Position numbers and translations under genes: made by a program | Notes under the pieces: generated by a model | Seen by the model: the letters and a program-made list of their open reading frames with translations, nothing else | Database searches by the model: none | Told to the model about the DNA's origin: nothing | In this document: positions 19,442 through 30,430 of the stretch, one piece after another | Numbering within the stretch: the stretch's first letter is position 1 | Layout of the letters: each line of letters opens with the position of its first letter | From: Giardia intestinalis | Taxonomy: Eukaryota | Reading direction: 5' to 3' (one strand) | Length of the DNA: 64,000 bases | Assembly (NCBI GenBank): GCA_000002435.2 | Contig: CM018792.1

Positions 19442-19895
19442 AGAGCCTCGCTATCTTCGCCAAATGGCTGTCAACAACCTTGTACACGGAATCCTGTACT
19501 TGGTGCTAGCCATTTGCGGAGCCATAGGGTGTTCTCGAATCTACCTTTTGCCAAACACGTTTCAGTTTAAATCGGCTCTGGCGACCATGACGGCCTTCTT
19601 CTTTCTCGAGGGACCTATGCTCCTGATCAGCTTCTGGCACCGTCTACGTCGTGAGTCCAGTAGTTACAACATAATGATTTTGAATGTAATCAGGACAATG
19701 GTCACTGTCGTCAGATACTGCATCAACATTTGGCTCATCTTTGCTCTCTTTAAGATCAACGCTATGGACTTGTCCGAACCCTTTTCCTTCTGGACCGGAG
19801 TGACGATTGCTCTGTTTCACGTGCTTGAGCTCTTCTTCCTTATTTCTATTTTCATGTCTGCGCTGCTCCGACCAATCGTTTGCTGCTGCGTGTAG
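19422..19895 (+). CDS. small multi-pass membrane protein (157 aa; probable start at Met15, nt 19464)
   Basis: Four hydrophobic helix-like segments (LVHGILYLVLAICGAIG, TMTAFFFLEGPMLLISFW, IWLIFALF, TIALFHVLELFFLISIFMSALL). The first 20 nt overlap the divergent gene. Confidence 0.4.
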   Translation: MEHKIRTEPRYLRQMAVNNLVHGILYLVLAICGAIGCSRIYLLPNTFQFKSALATMTAFFFLEGPMLLISFWHRLRRESSSYNIMILNVIRTMVTVVRYCINIWLIFALFKINAMDLSEPFSFWTGVTIALFHVLELFFLISIFMSALLRPIVCCCV

Positions 19896-19994
19896 CATTA
19901 TCGATGTATAGCGTGTTCTGGTATGTCAAGGTTTACTCATGCAGCCAGTTGTATTTAGTTTCTGAGGTATGCTTTCCTCATCCATTCTTTGTTG

Positions 19995-21263
19995 CTAGTG
20001 TGCTCCGTTTGCGTGTGCCTCCAGGGCACACGGATCTAAAGTAATCTCTAGGGGTGTGAGCTCTGTACTTACACTGCTTTCGCGGATATCAGTGTAGAGC
20101 TTCTGTAAATGCGGTGTTTGATCCACGCATCCCTTGCAAAATGGCAGCACAGTTCCGCACGGGGTGATGGAGGGGGTGGGAGTCGTGCTAGAAGGCACGG
20201 CGAGAGGCGGGAGTTTGTTCTCCTTTTCCTGTGATAGCTTAAGAAGACTGCTGAAGAATCGCCTTGTCTGAGGGGTGTCGTGGCTTATTCCCCAATACCC
20301 ATGGTCAGAGACTAGCACTGCCTTAGACGGAGAAGACAAGGTAACGATGTGCATTGTGCCTGGGCCCTCTCGAGGAGAGACACTATCACTTACTGAAGAT
20401 TGAGACACAGTTTCCGTGGGCTGCAATCTATCAGTGACCGGACTTGCAAGACCAACCTCTGCAGAGTCACAGCTAAGCAGCGCAGAGTCACTGGACGCAG
20501 AACACGACTCTGATCTGCTGCTAGTGCTGGAGCAATCGTTTCTGGGGTCCCTATAAAAAGCTCGTTTCCGCTTGCGAGGCGGATAGCAATCTGGGTCAAC
20601 ATTATGCAGAGAATGCCCACTTCTAGACGCATGTACATCTTTGAAGGATTTCTCAGAGAGAGATGTGCCTAGCCCCATCTGGTCAGCCTTTGTGATGATG
20701 CCTCGACATACTGTAGATAGGCTCTCGTTATTCCAGGAGTAGCTAGGCTTTGACCCACGCTGGTTAATAATGGTAATAAGGTGCATACCTTCTAATATGT
20801 TGGTAATGTCATACAGTCGACGCACCTGACTCGACTTCAATCCGAGGGTGCTTTCAATGGATGCCAGAGAGACGTTTCCTGGGGCCGCCTTAATTATGTG
20901 GCTCATAAACCATATGGACAGTTCATGAAGCTTAAAGCGAGTGTTTGCATTGAGGCTGGTAGAGCTACTTGACGCCGCCCGGCTTACAAAGGCCTGGACT
21001 GCTTGGTCTACAAAGGCGAGACCGATAAATTCATAGTGGGGCCCTTGCTGCTTGATGATAATACCGAGCGCCTCTAGAACGTTTATCAGATCGTAGAGCC
21101 GTCTACTTTCAATAGCCAGCTTATCGCAGACCTCTTTAATAGTAAATCCAAAAGGCTCCTCGTGGTTACAAGCAATAGCAAAGAACTTCCTGGTGAGATC
21201 GACGAGTTTGCGAACCTTCGGGTTCCGTTGACGTACTTGAGGACTTTGGCCTGCGAGCTGCAT
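19995..21263 (-). CDS. E2F-family transcription factor with two tandem winged-helix DNA-binding domains (atypical E2F7/E2F8/DEL-like)
   Basis: Two copies of the E2F_TDP signature: 'LTRKFFAIA...RRLYDLINVLEALGIIIK' and 'LASIESTLGLKSSQVRRLYDITNILEGMHLITI' (E2F consensus RRIYDITNVLEGIGLIEK). No DP-dimerisation or leucine-zipper region is apparent. Ser-rich C-terminus. Confidence 0.75.
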   Translation of the reverse strand: MQLAGQSPQVRQRNPKVRKLVDLTRKFFAIACNHEEPFGFTIKEVCDKLAIESRRLYDLINVLEALGIIIKQQGPHYEFIGLAFVDQAVQAFVSRAASSSSTSLNANTRFKLHELSIWFMSHIIKAAPGNVSLASIESTLGLKSSQVRRLYDITNILEGMHLITIINQRGSKPSYSWNNESLSTVCRGIITKADQMGLGTSLSEKSFKDVHASRSGHSLHNVDPDCYPPRKRKRAFYRDPRNDCSSTSSRSESCSASSDSALLSCDSAEVGLASPVTDRLQPTETVSQSSVSDSVSPREGPGTMHIVTLSSPSKAVLVSDHGYWGISHDTPQTRRFFSSLLKLSQEKENKLPPLAVPSSTTPTPSITPCGTVLPFCKGCVDQTPHLQKLYTDIRESSVSTELTPLEITLDPCALEAHANGAH

Positions 21264-21533
21264 TAAAAAATGAATTGCGGGAACGCAGATTTTGAAATCA
21301 TAAGATTGACGCAGTGTACTGACTTGCCTAATTGCTCATTTCTCCTTTTTATTTAATATTGCTCTATACCTATCGATCTTTATTGACCTTCGTATCATTG
21401 GGCAATGGTTCTTTTGTTGTCCTTGCTTGCAAGTAGGATAGAGATGTGCCTGATTAAACTTTCCACCTTCTTTCAAGTCTGGGTATGAAATTCGGTGATT
21501 ACTCAAAGATCACGGGACTGGAACCTAGTTTGA

Positions 21534-24500
21534 GTGCCATTTGCGCACATCTCTGGTCCAAATTCAAAAATTATGAAGCAGAATCCTAAGCAGCAAACAG
21601 CCAGCGCTCCGTTCCAAGGCAGCAACTCATGCAGCAGTGCCACCTTATCGCACAAGTCTGCTACAGAAGCCCGCAAGATGCTTGCAAATGAGAGACTATC
21701 ATTAGGGCAAGCGCAGGTTGATGCTGGCACACGGGCTGCAGTCAAAGTTCGCACAAGCGAAAATAGAAACCAGATACGACAGGCCCAAGAAGCAAGGGCT
21801 GCCATGACAGCTCGGATAGATGCCATGGCAGCTCAGGACCGTGAACGAAGAAGACTCGCTCTCCAGGAGGACATGCGTCTTGAAGCTTCACTCAATGTAC
21901 GCCACCAAGAGATTCGCGCGCGCTTAAACCAACGCATAGCACATGCATCCACGGTTGACATAGCTAACTTTATCGAACGGCAACAAGGTCATAAGCAAAC
22001 GGTGAACACGGCAGATATTTCGAGCCAGGACTTAGCACACACCATAAAATCTCGAGCAGCTGCTCGTCGTGAAGAGCGTGAAAAAGAACTTTTGGAAAAG
22101 AAGCAGGAGAAGGCACGCAACATTGCATTTATAGCCAATTCCAAGGCTGCATCTCCATCTTCTTCCAGACCTCAGTCGTCAGGAATGTCTGCTACTGCAA
22201 GTTCTGCAGATAAATCGGTGGCAAGACTTACTCTTGAGCATCTTGAGCGGCAAAATTCCGATCCAAACTCTGCATATGATAAGCAACTTATGCGTCGCTT
22301 TGATGATCTGGAGGAATCGAGCGACGTGGGCCTGCCTGAGGTAGATGTGCTTCACCGAGATGAGTCTGATCAAGCAGCTGCAGAATCCTCTTATGCTGAC
22401 CATCGGAATAGAGCCACAAATGTAGTAGACGATATAATGTATTTAACAACGCGATACCAGATGGAACGAGAGGACAAGACGGCACCTGCTGAAGCTACCT
22501 TGCACCAAATAAAATATAAAGAGTATGCCCAGGTAAACAAGAAGATCGTCTGGGCCAACTGTGCACGTGATGTAGATGATCTTATTTCGCTGGCACTAGA
22601 ACTTGCTACATCTGGTCCACAGCTTTCTGCTGCAGACCGAACACGTCTCACCAATGCCTTCCTTTACTGTGAATATGCACCAGATCAAGAATACAAAGAT
22701 AGGATTGCTCGAATAAGAGAACTACTCTTCCACGAATGTGAGCTTTATAAGAATGATATTCCTTGTGACCCCAGTGACATTGAATTAATGCAGCTGATAG
22801 ATTCTATGTCTGCTAATATATTTAATGAGGCAAGCATAGGGTTTACTAAACCAAATGATTTATCCCTCGATTCTACACGCTCTACCCAATTTGTCAACGA
22901 TGCTATCTTATCCATTCCACCGTGTTACCGAAATGCAGATGCATCCGATGCTAGTACTGACGACGAAAGTACTACCGAAAATCAGGTGATGGAACAGTCT
23001 GGTGGGGGTTATGAGGGATCCGAAGAAGCACCTCAAGCCTCAGACAAGGGCGGTACTCAAAAGCTCACGTTCCTTAACACCATTGAGTCTGTCATTCGTC
23101 GTCTTAAATGCACGGATTATTACCTACACAGCCGTGATACTCCATTTCTCTTTTCTAGCCTACAGATATCTATTCCAACTTCATCTGGCCCGAAAATTGT
23201 CAGTGGCCACGATCTTCCCTTGTTTACTCTATTCTCATATAATCCTACACATGTATCAGCAGATATGGCAGAGTCTTTGGCCGCTTCAGCTGCAGATTAT
23301 TTAGGTGCAACACTTCTATCTTACACTAGCTTCGTTTCTAACTTTGCTGATTATAAAAAGGAATTTACGTCGTATGCAACCGTGCTGCAGAAGTTAGCAG
23401 AGGCTGAGAGGCAGATAAAGTCGTGGAAAAAGGAAAATAATGACCCAATTAGATTGACTCTCGAGCTAGCAGATCAGTATGCCTGCATTTGTGACTATAA
23501 GGATGCAGATCGCATTCTCAAGCTCCTCAACACACCATACAAGACAGAGGAACCCCCAGATCCCTATATCTTTACCCTGATGTATATGCGCGCCTACTAC
23601 CTGTTGAAAACGCACTACAGCATGAGGATTGTTAATTCACCCATTATAGATTCAGTTGGAACTAATCTAATATTATCCGTAAACATCTTAGCCCCAGAAG
23701 AGCTTGCAAACACACCTGAATTACGGCCATCATCCCATGTCTCTGTTACGACAAATGGATCACCCCTACGGTCTGAAGTGCACTTTAGTGCTGCATCTGT
23801 CCCAGCATCAGCCGCATCAAAGCGTGCTGCAGGATTCACCTCCCTTTTGAATAGCTCTTACTTATTTGTAGTTCCACTGAAGGCAGCTACAGTGATTACA
23901 GATTTGGAGACAGCTTTTCAACCAATGAACACGTTGAGACATCAAATATACACCACCATCAACGATGCAGTCGTCCCACAGTTACCTCAAAATCCACCCA
24001 AGGGTGCACTGATATCATCTGTCTTCGACTCTATTATATTCATAACGTGCAGTGACGACTGCGTGATTAAACCAGGAGAAGATGCATCCGTCAAGAAGCG
24101 AGACCCTAAGAAGGACCCACCGCCACCATTGAACCTGGACGGATTGAGCCCCTGGCAATGGAGCAAGTTTTCTACAATCAGCTCTGAACTGGTTGAAGAC
24201 CCTGATTATTCCAAGCTTGCCTCCGCCTATTCTGCTGCGCGAGGATATTTGCAGCTGCTTACAGATACCGTTGAGACGAGTGGAAATACTCAAGCAGCCC
24301 CCCAAGTCAGTGAGACATCTGCAATTCATACATCGCGAACACAGACATCACGGACAAAAGAAGGTAAGCCGGACTCAAGGGGACCTAAACCAGATCCCGC
24401 ATCCCCAGTGCGGTGTATTCCTGTCCTAAAATCATCGTCTGATATGCTTATTGCTGACTTACAACGCTGCTATGGCGATTACCTCCAGGCTCCTTGTGCA

Positions 24501-27500
24501 CAGGACGAAGCTATCGCATGCGAGCCACTAACGAGGAGTATGTCTGCTACCTCGCCGTCGCAAATGCATGGAGTCATGCCCACAGATTCTCCACTGCAGA
24601 AGGCTAGTCAATCTAACAATGATGTGGATAATATGGACCCTGTGCAGATTCCTGAGGAGCCTACATCACAGGCTGACCCCCGAGGTGTAACTCAGGATGC
24701 TCTAGAGAGTGCTGTACCGATTACTCAGGATAAGATAGAAAGCTTCTTTGAGGATGAGCTAGAGGCAAAGAGTTCTGCTCCTACCCTGGAAGGCATTTTG
24801 TTCAAGTGCTTCCGTAAAACGCGCGTTCCTCAGGACCTTGTCTTCAAAATGACTGAGCGTCAATTAATTAACAGGGCCTCTGAATTGATAGAGCATGCAA
24901 TTGCTTCATATAAAAGCGCTGTCTCTTCATTGGTACCAAGGCTAAACAACGCCTTGCGTATGTTTTCATTACACTTTGTCAATATGCGCACTGAATGCAT
25001 AAAGGTCTGCAAGTGTACTCATAATCGCCTCATAGAGGAGCTGTGCTCACAGTTCTCCGGTTTCTCTAAGAGCTCTGCTGCAATATGTGCTGCACTAGAG
25101 TCAGGTGGCGGTGAAAGCAGTGCAGAGCTGCGTGAGAAGCTCGAAAGCTATGTTTTCCAATTTAGGACCATGTTGGACAACACAATCCATGACTGGCGGC
25201 ACGGATCGGAGCAGCTTCTTTACGAGAAGATCTATACAGACACTGAGGATGATACGTTTCGTGCACCAATTGAGTTAGTTTCGGAGACGTTTGATACATT
25301 TGCTACGACACTGGATCCAGGCATAAAGCAGTTGCAGAACATACCATCTAGTTTCTTCTATTACGATATCCATACAAAGTACAAGTTTATGCGGCCCATG
25401 GGTGCTTTGTTTAACATTTATCGCCGCCTGTCAGAGAACTATGATGATACCCTCAGAGAGGCAGAAGCCCTATGTCAAGACTTTGGATCACTTATCAATA
25501 AGGCTTTCAATCAGCAGATTGTCGCATATATAATGGAACAAAGGACTGAACCAATTGCTGAACTTTCCAGCTACACAGAGATGTTGTCAAACCTCATCTT
25601 TAATATGTTCAAGGACCTGGTCTATGCCTCTGTAGAGTTATTTGGGATGGCCTTCTATGCTCTCACTAATATTATCCACTTAGTCGCGCCGACGAATCCG
25701 TCACGTCAGCGGTCTGCAAGGTCGAAGATCTACAATATCAAGACATTCATTAAGACAGACATGGACTATACAGTCATCAGAGACGAGCGATACAACCTAG
25801 ACACGTACTTCGAAGACTTTTACTACGGTCTTATTTCCAACCTTAACTATAAGAATCTATTTGATGTTGCCTCTCTGCAATCTGCGCACATCTTACTGGT
25901 CTCCAAAAATGAGATTGCAGATCTGATTCAGATCATGCTGAAAAACTTTCACGTTTTCCTGAACACCTTCATTAAGCCAAATGGGGATGCAATGATGAAC
26001 ACGCTCCTTCACGCTTTCTCAGATGCAAGGACTCGCTGCGACAACGTAATATGCGACCAATATCTTTCTACGCTCAGCAGTGTCAGGTCTATTTTGGCAG
26101 ACTTGTTGGAGAAGAATAGCGACATTCCTGCACTATTAAGACAGCTTCCGCAAACAGCCCTGACTGAGTTGGGGTCTCAAACGCTGCAACACGAGCTAAT
26201 TCTCTTGGAAACACTGAAGCCTCTTCTGAGTCGAAGCAATCCTCAAGCAGAGGCAACACTCTTTATGACTGCTGACCAAAGACCTTTGGGCTACTATCAG
26301 CACTACATAGATGGTGTTGGGCCATTTTCTAGCTGCTCTGCCATGGTATTGCGAGTCGATGAATTTTGCACCAAGCTTAAGACATGTAAGCCATCTCCAT
26401 TTATTGTAGAATTTGGCGAGGACTGCACAGATCTTCTGCCACTTATCTCCGTCCCGGAAGACTTTGACAACGAGTCCCTGGTTGCAGCTCGTGAACAGCT
26501 TTCTGTGTTGATAAAGCGGGCATCAAGCGCCGTATCTTGGAATGCAGTATTCTCGAGACGTGCACTCGAGTGCCTGTCAGACGAGCGGAAAAGGTATAAT
26601 GAGCTTGTAGAGGCGGCTGCATCTACTGCCAAAGGTAAAAAGCCAGCAGACATTCCTGAAACCGTCCCTTCTAATGATTATTATATCATGTGGCCTGTAT
26701 TTATAGTGCGCAACAGCTTTATCCCACTAGATATGGAGGAGTTCTGTACTATGGTGAGCCTCATTTATGGCACGCTTGGCATTGAGAGAGATAGTATTTG
26801 CACTCTTTTACCGCCAGTTCCAGTGGTTACAGAACAGAGTACGCCTCCCTCAACCAAGCAAGAAAAAGGGAGCCGGGCTCCCTCTCCCATCAAGGAGATG
26901 TTACCAGACCCAGCGTCTGCTCCCAAGGAAGCTGAGCCTGCAGAACCACCTGTGCTATTCAAAGACACTCGAGAATATACACTTCTTCATGAAGCCTTTT
27001 CAAGTATTTTCACTCGTGGTCCCTATAAGTCTCTTCCATCTGGGCCGGTGGCTGAAAAGCTGGCTTTGAATACCAATCTAAGCCTCGATGAGTATAATAA
27101 GCTGTTCAGAATGAGCTTCATTAACATGTTCGCCAATATATTGGTTACGCCTTCTCGTGTATTGGAATTTATTATCCAAATGCTTCTTTGCTTCTGCTAT
27201 ACGGATGAACTCGCAGACGACTCTGTATCGGAGGAACCTCCAGCCTCCCCTTCTCGTATTACACAATCACTAGCATCGACCAGATCAACTGCTGCAGGAA
27301 AAACTCGAGATGCTACTCCAGACACCGGCAAGAGAGACACTCCGAAGGATCCAGTGGCCTCATGCCAGCGGACGTTTTCTCCAGACGTTTCGAATCGCGT
27401 GTTCTATCTCTTTGGGCTTTCATCACTGCATCACGACAACATTAAGACGGGGAGATACAAATACTACCGTAATATTAAGCACATCTGCTCACTAGGCCTG

Positions 27501-27698
27501 CATGACGTGACTGAGGAGTCCATCTTTTCAGTGTTTGCTGCCTTTGATTATACTATGGCCTTGCAAAAGCTTCGCTCCGAGGTATTGCAAAAGCTTTCAG
27601 AGGAAGTGGAAGAGCTGGTAGAAAGAGCACGGTCAGATGCCGCTTCTACTCAAAAGGAGAAGGGACAGAAACAAGCATTCTCTCGTGCTAAGAAATAG
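21534..27698 (+). CDS. very large hypothetical protein (~2040-2054 aa) with N-terminal coiled-coil region; probable start at 21573
   Basis: Uninterrupted 6.2-kb ORF. The internal ATG at 21573 (MKQNPKQQ) is preceded by the AT-rich 'ccaaattcaaaaatt', a typical Giardia initiator context. Residues ~50-200 are Gln/Arg/Glu/Ala-rich and look like a heptad coiled coil. Confidence 0.6.
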   Translation: MPFAHISGPNSKIMKQNPKQQTASAPFQGSNSCSSATLSHKSATEARKMLANERLSLGQAQVDAGTRAAVKVRTSENRNQIRQAQEARAAMTARIDAMAAQDRERRRLALQEDMRLEASLNVRHQEIRARLNQRIAHASTVDIANFIERQQGHKQTVNTADISSQDLAHTIKSRAAARREEREKELLEKKQEKARNIAFIANSKAASPSSSRPQSSGMSATASSADKSVARLTLEHLERQNSDPNSAYDKQLMRRFDDLEESSDVGLPEVDVLHRDESDQAAAESSYADHRNRATNVVDDIMYLTTRYQMEREDKTAPAEATLHQIKYKEYAQVNKKIVWANCARDVDDLISLALELATSGPQLSAADRTRLTNAFLYCEYAPDQEYKDRIARIRELLFHECELYKNDIPCDPSDIELMQLIDSMSANIFNEASIGFTKPNDLSLDSTRSTQFVNDAILSIPPCYRNADASDASTDDESTTENQVMEQSGGGYEGSEEAPQASDKGGTQKLTFLNTIESVIRRLKCTDYYLHSRDTPFLFSSLQISIPTSSGPKIVSGHDLPLFTLFSYNPTHVSADMAESLAASAADYLGATLLSYTSFVSNFADYKKEFTSYATVLQKLAEAERQIKSWKKENNDPIRLTLELADQYACICDYKDADRILKLLNTPYKTEEPPDPYIFTLMYMRAYYLLKTHYSMRIVNSPIIDSVGTNLILSVNILAPEELANTPELRPSSHVSVTTNGSPLRSEVHFSAASVPASAASKRAAGFTSLLNSSYLFVVPLKAATVITDLETAFQPMNTLRHQIYTTINDAVVPQLPQNPPKGALISSVFDSIIFITCSDDCVIKPGEDASVKKRDPKKDPPPPLNLDGLSPWQWSKFSTISSELVEDPDYSKLASAYSAARGYLQLLTDTVETSGNTQAAPQVSETSAIHTSRTQTSRTKEGKPDSRGPKPDPASPVRCIPVLKSSSDMLIADLQRCYGDYLQAPCAQDEAIACEPLTRSMSATSPSQMHGVMPTDSPLQKASQSNNDVDNMDPVQIPEEPTSQADPRGVTQDALESAVPITQDKIESFFEDELEAKSSAPTLEGILFKCFRKTRVPQDLVFKMTERQLINRASELIEHAIASYKSAVSSLVPRLNNALRMFSLHFVNMRTECIKVCKCTHNRLIEELCSQFSGFSKSSAAICAALESGGGESSAELREKLESYVFQFRTMLDNTIHDWRHGSEQLLYEKIYTDTEDDTFRAPIELVSETFDTFATTLDPGIKQLQNIPSSFFYYDIHTKYKFMRPMGALFNIYRRLSENYDDTLREAEALCQDFGSLINKAFNQQIVAYIMEQRTEPIAELSSYTEMLSNLIFNMFKDLVYASVELFGMAFYALTNIIHLVAPTNPSRQRSARSKIYNIKTFIKTDMDYTVIRDERYNLDTYFEDFYYGLISNLNYKNLFDVASLQSAHILLVSKNEIADLIQIMLKNFHVFLNTFIKPNGDAMMNTLLHAFSDARTRCDNVICDQYLSTLSSVRSILADLLEKNSDIPALLRQLPQTALTELGSQTLQHELILLETLKPLLSRSNPQAEATLFMTADQRPLGYYQHYIDGVGPFSSCSAMVLRVDEFCTKLKTCKPSPFIVEFGEDCTDLLPLISVPEDFDNESLVAAREQLSVLIKRASSAVSWNAVFSRRALECLSDERKRYNELVEAAASTAKGKKPADIPETVPSNDYYIMWPVFIVRNSFIPLDMEEFCTMVSLIYGTLGIERDSICTLLPPVPVVTEQSTPPSTKQEKGSRAPSPIKEMLPDPASAPKEAEPAEPPVLFKDTREYTLLHEAFSSIFTRGPYKSLPSGPVAEKLALNTNLSLDEYNKLFRMSFINMFANILVTPSRVLEFIIQMLLCFCYTDELADDSVSEEPPASPSRITQSLASTRSTAAGKTRDATPDTGKRDTPKDPVASCQRTFSPDVSNRVFYLFGLSSLHHDNIKTGRYKYYRNIKHICSLGLHDVTEESIFSVFAAFDYTMALQKLRSEVLQKLSEEVEELVERARSDAASTQKEKGQKQAFSRAKK

Positions 27699-27730
27699 AA
27701 TTTACACCCCTCTTAATAAGAAAAATGAGG

Positions 27731-29923
27731 TTAATATTTAAGTTTTGCGTATCTGAATGGCCTAGAAAACGGCGGCAGAAAGGGCGGGGACCTTGCCGTC
27801 TTTATGAGTTGCAATAGGAATCTATCTTCTTTAGAGATGGGAACATCAAAGTCGTGGAATCCACGGAAGATCTGCATAGCTTTTCTAGCACCGGCTTCCT
27901 CGAGCCAGTTACCGTCTCTTTTAACTGGATCTGTCAAGCAAGAAAGAACAATCTTAATCACTTCCACAGGCAGTATTGGAGGGAACGTAGACCCAGGAAT
28001 TGTCAGGCCTAGCTCTTCTAAAGAGTAGCTATCGTTGTCAAATGGAATGTGAAGAAGCTTCCCGTGGAGCTCGTGAGGAAACGCGCCTATGACAGCAGGA
28101 GTAGTAAGAGTCATAGTGTCCGTGAGGAGAACCAGCGCCTCTACGAGATCGTCAGTTGGAATGGAATCCGGTACGGGGATTTTCTCTGCGGTTTCAATAA
28201 TACGCTGTTTCAATCGAGTATTGCTATTTTTGTCCTGGTGGATCCGAGTCCCAATAGTTGCACCAATCAGATGTGGCACTACAACTCCACCTTTTTCTGG
28301 GACAGCCACTAGACACTGCTCAGGATCCTCGATAACTTGAGATAGTAGATTCATCTTCATCTCCTCGTTATTCTTGATTATGGTACAGATATCAATAGAG
28401 TCTTCTTCCGGTGCTTCGAAAAAAGAAGACGGCCCATCAGACAAAAGAGGCTGGTTGACCATGGCTGAGTGTTGAGAGCAAGTGAATTTCTTAACAAAAA
28501 CAAGTGGTTCTGAGGGAGCGAGGTTGTACTTAGCCTTTGGGGTAGCGTCCTCTTTCAGAACCTCCTTGTCAAGTGACGATAGCTCTTCGGTTTTATCATA
28601 GAGCCCATAAAAGACAGCATAAGCTCCCAAATTCTTCTCTGCGTAATTTGGGACAGAGAAAAGAGTGAAGACCCCAGGATATTCAACCTGCCAACCCTCG
28701 TCGACACACGAGTGAGACCGTATTATATATTTTAGTTCTGAAGTACGCAAAAAGCGCTGTGCTGCTACTGCTCCAAAAATAACAGATGTACCTCTGAGAT
28801 AATTGAAGGAAAACTCGGGGTCCTCTGTGCTAGGATCAGCCCATAAGATATCTGAAAGGGGATCAAAGTAGGTATAGTCTGTGAAATCTGCTTGGTCTGG
28901 TTCACGGAAGCGATTTAGCTTGACCATGTCCTGAAGGGTGAAGTCCGGCCATGCTGAGATCCCTCCGTGGACAACCAAATACCTATCGTTGATCACTGCA
29001 CAAAGAGGGAGTGCCTGAAAGGCTTTATTCATCATGGCAAGAAGGAGCTTGCACTCCTCCTCGCCAAGAGCTTTTCCGTATTTCTTCTCTATCTCAGCAG
29101 GTAGCGAATAGTTACTATTGACGCTCTCGGTTTCATGATTTCCTCTCAGTAGATGCACAGCATCTGGTCTGGCTATCTTTATTGCTAATAGAACAATGAA
29201 TATCTCGATGGAAAACGATCCTCTATCAACGTAATCTCCGTTAAATAGATAGACAATCTCGTTATCAGTAGGAAATCCCTCTGTAGCCAAGATTTTTCCT
29301 ATGACCTCAAACGTTCCATGAGTGTCACCGACGACTACCAGCCTCTTGCATGGCACAACAACGCTGCTACATCCCATATCGATTGGACCCAGATCCTCCA
29401 ATGCACTGGGGGAAATATTTTGAATTTCTGAGAGATTGGTACACTTTTTAAGAATATTCTTGGAATACTCAGCAGGCAACTTCTTCTTGAACGATTTGAG
29501 TTCTGTAGGAGGGACTGTTAGTTCCAGAACGTTGGGGCAGGACGCCAGCACGCGGGTACCAAGAGCTAGGACGTCCTTGACAAACGAAATAGGAAGGATC
29601 TCCCTGAGATCGACCGTTTCCTGAATACCTCCCCCCACCTTCTTTGTGACAAAAGTCTTTTGGATGTCCCCTGCGATACCATTGAACCAATCCTCGGTTA
29701 TCTTATACGCAAAGCTTCGAATTTCTTTCTCCGTGGGAGGAGAATTCTGCTGCTTGGGGCTGCTGAAGAAGAGCTTCTTCCTGCGCTCCAAATCCGTCCG
29801 TGGTAGTGGCGAATTCGTGTAGCTTGTGAATGATGTCATGGACGAGAGATCCACAGTTCCTGTGCGTCTAGTTTTGCCAGAATCTCTATGCGATCGGCCC
29901 TTTCTACCCATCTCAAAATGCAA
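27731..29923 (-). CDS. PPP-family serine/threonine protein phosphatase with long N- and C-terminal extensions (730 aa)
   Basis: Complete metallophosphatase catalytic signature in order: 'VVGDTHG', 'NGDYVDRG', 'LRGNHE', 'VVHGG', then RG and H motifs. The catalytic core is flanked by a ~190-aa N-terminal region and a ~250-aa C-terminal region. Confidence 0.85.
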   Translation of the reverse strand: MHFEMGRKGRSHRDSGKTRRTGTVDLSSMTSFTSYTNSPLPRTDLERRKKLFFSSPKQQNSPPTEKEIRSFAYKITEDWFNGIAGDIQKTFVTKKVGGGIQETVDLREILPISFVKDVLALGTRVLASCPNVLELTVPPTELKSFKKKLPAEYSKNILKKCTNLSEIQNISPSALEDLGPIDMGCSSVVVPCKRLVVVGDTHGTFEVIGKILATEGFPTDNEIVYLFNGDYVDRGSFSIEIFIVLLAIKIARPDAVHLLRGNHETESVNSNYSLPAEIEKKYGKALGEEECKLLLAMMNKAFQALPLCAVINDRYLVVHGGISAWPDFTLQDMVKLNRFREPDQADFTDYTYFDPLSDILWADPSTEDPEFSFNYLRGTSVIFGAVAAQRFLRTSELKYIIRSHSCVDEGWQVEYPGVFTLFSVPNYAEKNLGAYAVFYGLYDKTEELSSLDKEVLKEDATPKAKYNLAPSEPLVFVKKFTCSQHSAMVNQPLLSDGPSSFFEAPEEDSIDICTIIKNNEEMKMNLLSQVIEDPEQCLVAVPEKGGVVVPHLIGATIGTRIHQDKNSNTRLKQRIIETAEKIPVPDSIPTDDLVEALVLLTDTMTLTTPAVIGAFPHELHGKLLHIPFDNDSYSLEELGLTIPGSTFPPILPVEVIKIVLSCLTDPVKRDGNWLEEAGARKAMQIFRGFHDFDVPISKEDRFLLQLIKTARSPPFLPPFSRPFRYAKLKY

Positions 29924-30430
29924 TTATTATTCTCAAAGTTTGCAAGAGCTGTGAAAATTTGTGGTTCCACGCTTGCCACACGTTTCAGAAGGCGGTAGCA
30001 TCCAGCCATGCTGAGGTCGCAGGCGCGTTGGCCACGTACCTTACAGAAGAAGGCCTAGTTTTATTCTTGGACGTTCTCCCTGAAGGTACTTGGCTAATAT
30101 TTCTCTGCTGCACTTCGCGGTGAAACATTCAACTTTTACACTGCTCTGCCCACACTTTCTAGTGTGAGAGAGTACTTTTGTGTACTAAACTAATCCTATT
30201 AGCTGCACCCGGCCCGTCGTCTGAGCCCGGTGTAATCCCTTGTACCCAGTCCTACGGCTTCTACCTTCTGTCATCCACCTACGGAGGTCCTGCTCACCGG
30301 TGCCCATGGGTCCACTCCACACCAACGAGCACGCGAGCTATCAATGTATGTCATCGATTCAAAGTCCGGTATGTTACAAGTCCCGGTAGCGGTCTTTACT
30401 TCCTGGACACAGGCACACATCAATCGGCTA

